From an uncultured cyanobacterium (GTDB lineage: Bacteria; Cyanobacteriota; Cyanobacteriia; Cyanobacteriales; Microcystaceae): 30,358 nt of DNA. Under the pieces are notes generated by a model that saw only the letters and a list, made by a program, of their open reading frames with translations, was not told the DNA's origin and made no database searches. Shown one piece after another: positions 27,502-30,358 of the stretch (the stretch's first letter is position 1; each line of letters begins with the position of its first letter). The DNA is taken from the NCBI GenBank assembly GCA_963807635.1, contig CAWEDJ010000018.1:1-30358 (forward strand), read 5' to 3'. The position numbers were made by a program, and so were the translations under genes.

Positions 27502-30198
27502 ATGACCAGACAACTCAAACTCTTAACAACGGGTGAAATCATCCCCACTCCCCTGCATTTAGAAATGGAACGCTCCTATTTAGAGTATGCCATGAGCGTG
27601 ATTGTGGGCCGCGCTCTCCCCGATGTAAGAGATGGCCTCAAGCCCGTTCATCGGCGGGTTTTGTATGCCATGTATGAATTAGGATTAACGCCCGATCGCC
27701 CTTTTCGCAAATGCGCCCGTGTCGTGGGAGATGTGCTGGGAAAATATCATCCCCACGGCGATCAGTCGGTGTATGATGCCCTTGTTCGTATGGTACAGGA
27801 TTTCTCCAGTCGTTACCCCCTTTTGGCGGGTCATGGCAATTTTGGGTCGGTGGATAATGATCCGCCCGCCGCCATGCGTTATACCGAAACTCGTTTAGCT
27901 CCCATTGCTTTCCAAGCAACCCTGGATGATATTAGCGACGCGATCGTTGATTTTACAGGAAACTTCGATAATTCCCAACAGGAACCCGTTGTTCTGCCCG
28001 CCCAATTACCGATCCTGGTTCTCAATGGTTGCTCTGGGATTGCTGTTGGAATGGCCACCAATATTCCACCCCATCATTTAGGGGAAGTAGTAGATGGACT
28101 GGTTGCCTTGATTGACAATCCCGAACTCAGCGATGAAAAACTCTGGGAAATTATTCCTGGCCCTGATTTTCCCACAGGGGGGAGAATTCTCGATCAAACG
28201 GGTATTTATGAAGCCTATCGGACAGGCAAGGGTCTGATTCCTGTGCAGGGCATTAATCATTTAGAAACCATTCATTTAGAAAGAAAACGTAATCGAACCA
28301 GAACAGCGATTATTGTCACGGAATTGCCATTTCAGGTCAATAAAGCCGCCTGGATTGAAAAAATGGCGGAGTTAGTTAATCAAGGAAAAATCGAAGGCAT
28401 TGCTGATTTGCGGGATGAAAGCGATCGCACAGGAATGCGAGTTGTTATTGAACTTAAAAAAGATGTAAAGCCTGAAAATATTTTAGAGAAACTTTATAAA
28501 CAGACAGATTTACAAAAAAACTTTGGCGTAACGTTATTAGCTTTAGTGGATAACAAACCCGTCCAATTATCCCTGCGTCAATTATTAGAAGAATTTTTAA
28601 AATTTCGAGAAGAAACCGTCACCCGTCAATACTCCAACGAATTAGGAGAATGTCAAAAACGGTTACATTTACTCGAAGGTTTATTAATTGCCTTAAATAA
28701 TTTAGATCAACTAATTGATATTCTGCGCCATGCCGCCGATGGAGCCACTGCCAAAGTCCAACTAGAAAGCCGTTTAGAAATTACCCCTGAACAGGCTGAT
28801 TCCATTTTAGCAATGCCCATGCGTCGCATCACGGGCTTGGAACGGCAAAAAATAACAGCAGAAAGTGAGGAATTACAAACTCGTATCACAGAACTGGAAA
28901 CCCTGCTGAATAATCGTCATGAACGCCTGAAAGCCCTCAAAAAAGAGTTACGAAAACTGAAAAAAAACTTTGGAGATGAACGGCGTACCCGCATTACTAA
29001 AACGCCCTACGTTCCCCCCAAACAAGTTGCTGCGCCCCCTTCACCGAGTCCTGTTGCTGACATTATTAATTCTGAAGACGCGATCGCCGATCGTGAAACC
29101 ATTATTATCGAAGATGCGATCGTTGATCCGATTAATCTTGAAGTAACTTTGTCTGAGTTGAGTACTGATCAAGTTAATACTCCAACTCCAGAAGTAGAGT
29201 TACTAGAATCGAACTTAGTTAACTCAGAAAATCAAGATTTAATCTTAACGGAACCCGAACCGAATTTAGCTGAAAAGCCGAAAAAAAATCCTGCTTTTTC
29301 TCTATTTACACCACAAATTCCCCCAGCAGATGCCGAATTAGCGGTGACATTATCAGGAGAAGTTTATTGGATATCTTCTACCCAGGAATCAACCGAAACC
29401 GAAAATGATCCCGTTATTTATCAAACCCCGATCCATCAACAAGAAGAAATCATTGTCGTCAGCGATCGCGGAAAAGCTTACCCAATTTTGATCAAAGAAA
29501 TTCCGCCCGTAACCATTGCCCGTCTTCCTTTATTAGAATTATTATCAAAAACCGCCCAACGGGATGCAGAAAAAATTGTCGGACAGTTCTTTTTACCCGA
29601 ATCAAATACCAATCAAGATTTACTATTAATGAGTCAAAATGGCCGTTTGAAACGCTTAAATCTAAATGAATTTAGTGAATTAACTAATCGGGGTTTAGGT
29701 TTAATTAAACTCAAAGAAGAAGATCGAATTCAATCCGTTCATCTCATCCAATCCGAAGAAGATCTGATATTAGCAACCAGTAGCGGTCGCTTATTGCGTT
29801 TTTCTCTAGAAAATATTCCCCCGATGGGACGCAATGCCCAAGGAAATCCCGCCTTGAGATTGCGATTTGGGGAATCTTTAGTCGGTTGTTTGTCAGTTAA
29901 CTCTCGCGATCGCGTTTTACTCATGACCCAATTGGGCTACGGAAAAGCGTTTCCCATTGAATCTTTGCGTTTGGGTAGTCTGGGAGATATTGGCACAACG
30001 GCGATGCAATTTAGCCACAAAACCGATCAATTAATTGGGATGATGCCAGACTCTCAAAATTTGTTACTGTTAACTAATCAAAATCGTCAAATTTCTTTAT
30101 TTAGTCAAGCCTTTAATGTCTGGACGAAAGATGGAGTCGGTGATCGTCTGGTAAATTTAGAAAACGATGAATTGATCAATCGGGTGATTTTTCATTAA
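27502..30198 (+). CDS. Type IIA topoisomerase A subunit, second GyrA paralog (ParC-like)
   Basis: [29 protein letters not shown] (catalytic Tyr), [19 protein letters not shown]-terminal pinwheel-type repeats; no QRRGGKG GyrA-box seen. Confidence 0.93.
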   Translation: MTRQLKLLTTGEIIPTPLHLEMERSYLEYAMSVIVGRALPDVRDGLKPVHRRVLYAMYELGLTPDRPFRKCARVVGDVLGKYHPHGDQSVYDALVRMVQDFSSRYPLLAGHGNFGSVDNDPPAAMRYTETRLAPIAFQATLDDISDAIVDFTGNFDNSQQEPVVLPAQLPILVLNGCSGIAVGMATNIPPHHLGEVVDGLVALIDNPELSDEKLWEIIPGPDFPTGGRILDQTGIYEAYRTGKGLIPVQGINHLETIHLERKRNRTRTAIIVTELPFQVNKAAWIEKMAELVNQGKIEGIADLRDESDRTGMRVVIELKKDVKPENILEKLYKQTDLQKNFGVTLLALVDNKPVQLSLRQLLEEFLKFREETVTRQYSNELGECQKRLHLLEGLLIALNNLDQLIDILRHAADGATAKVQLESRLEITPEQADSILAMPMRRITGLERQKITAESEELQTRITELETLLNNRHERLKALKKELRKLKKNFGDERRTRITKTPYVPPKQVAAPPSPSPVADIINSEDAIADRETIIIEDAIVDPINLEVTLSELSTDQVNTPTPEVELLESNLVNSENQDLILTEPEPNLAEKPKKNPAFSLFTPQIPPADAELAVTLSGEVYWISSTQESTETENDPVIYQTPIHQQEEIIVVSDRGKAYPILIKEIPPVTIARLPLLELLSKTAQRDAEKIVGQFFLPESNTNQDLLLMSQNGRLKRLNLNEFSELTNRGLGLIKLKEEDRIQSVHLIQSEEDLILATSSGRLLRFSLENIPPMGRNAQGNPALRLRFGESLVGCLSVNSRDRVLLMTQLGYGKAFPIESLRLGSLGDIGTTAMQFSHKTDQLIGMMPDSQNLLLLTNQNRQISLFSQAFNVWTKDGVGDRLVNLENDELINRVIFH

Positions 30199-30358
30199 CA
30201 TTATGTCGCGATCGCAACTTGAAAACTTACAACGCGATCATCATTTATCTGCATCACACAATGTAAGAATTCAACCCGCATTCAGGAGTTTGACTCAAGA
30301 AACGAGATAATACATTTGTACTACTTGTTCGCCCCGTAGATTAATTCCACCTGTAAAT

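Overview
Chromosomal window of a unicellular cyanobacterium. HIP1 octamers (GCGATCGC) occur at roughly one per kb by eye, and the gene order (rpsT-tatD-rpoB-rpoC2 without rpoC1, ycf4-cyclophilin, stand-alone apcE) suggests a Synechocystis/Microcystis-type lineage (inference). Most genes are housekeeping or photosynthesis genes: flv1, cysteine desulfurase, apcE, amiC-murI, rpsT, tatD, rpoB, rpoC2, ycf4, cyclophilin, a CobH-like protein, a single-domain response regulator and a ParC-like GyrA paralog. Accessory genes are a Zn-knuckle/RelE-ParE-like ORF, a Uma2 endonuclease, a PEP-CTERM protein, DUF1269-, DUF3611- and DUF389-like membrane proteins and a GNAT. Many genes, including essential ones, are split by 1-2 nt indels best explained as sequencing/assembly errors, so features are given as reconstructed full genes. 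The best candidate for a new system is an ~86-nt cloverleaf-like structured RNA (2400-2485) directly upstream of an orphan Zn-knuckle + RelE/ParE-like ORF (2519-2898) that has no protein antitoxin nearby. A second candidate is a small minus-strand RNA between the desulfurase gene and apcE. All family calls come from recognising motifs, not from database searches.
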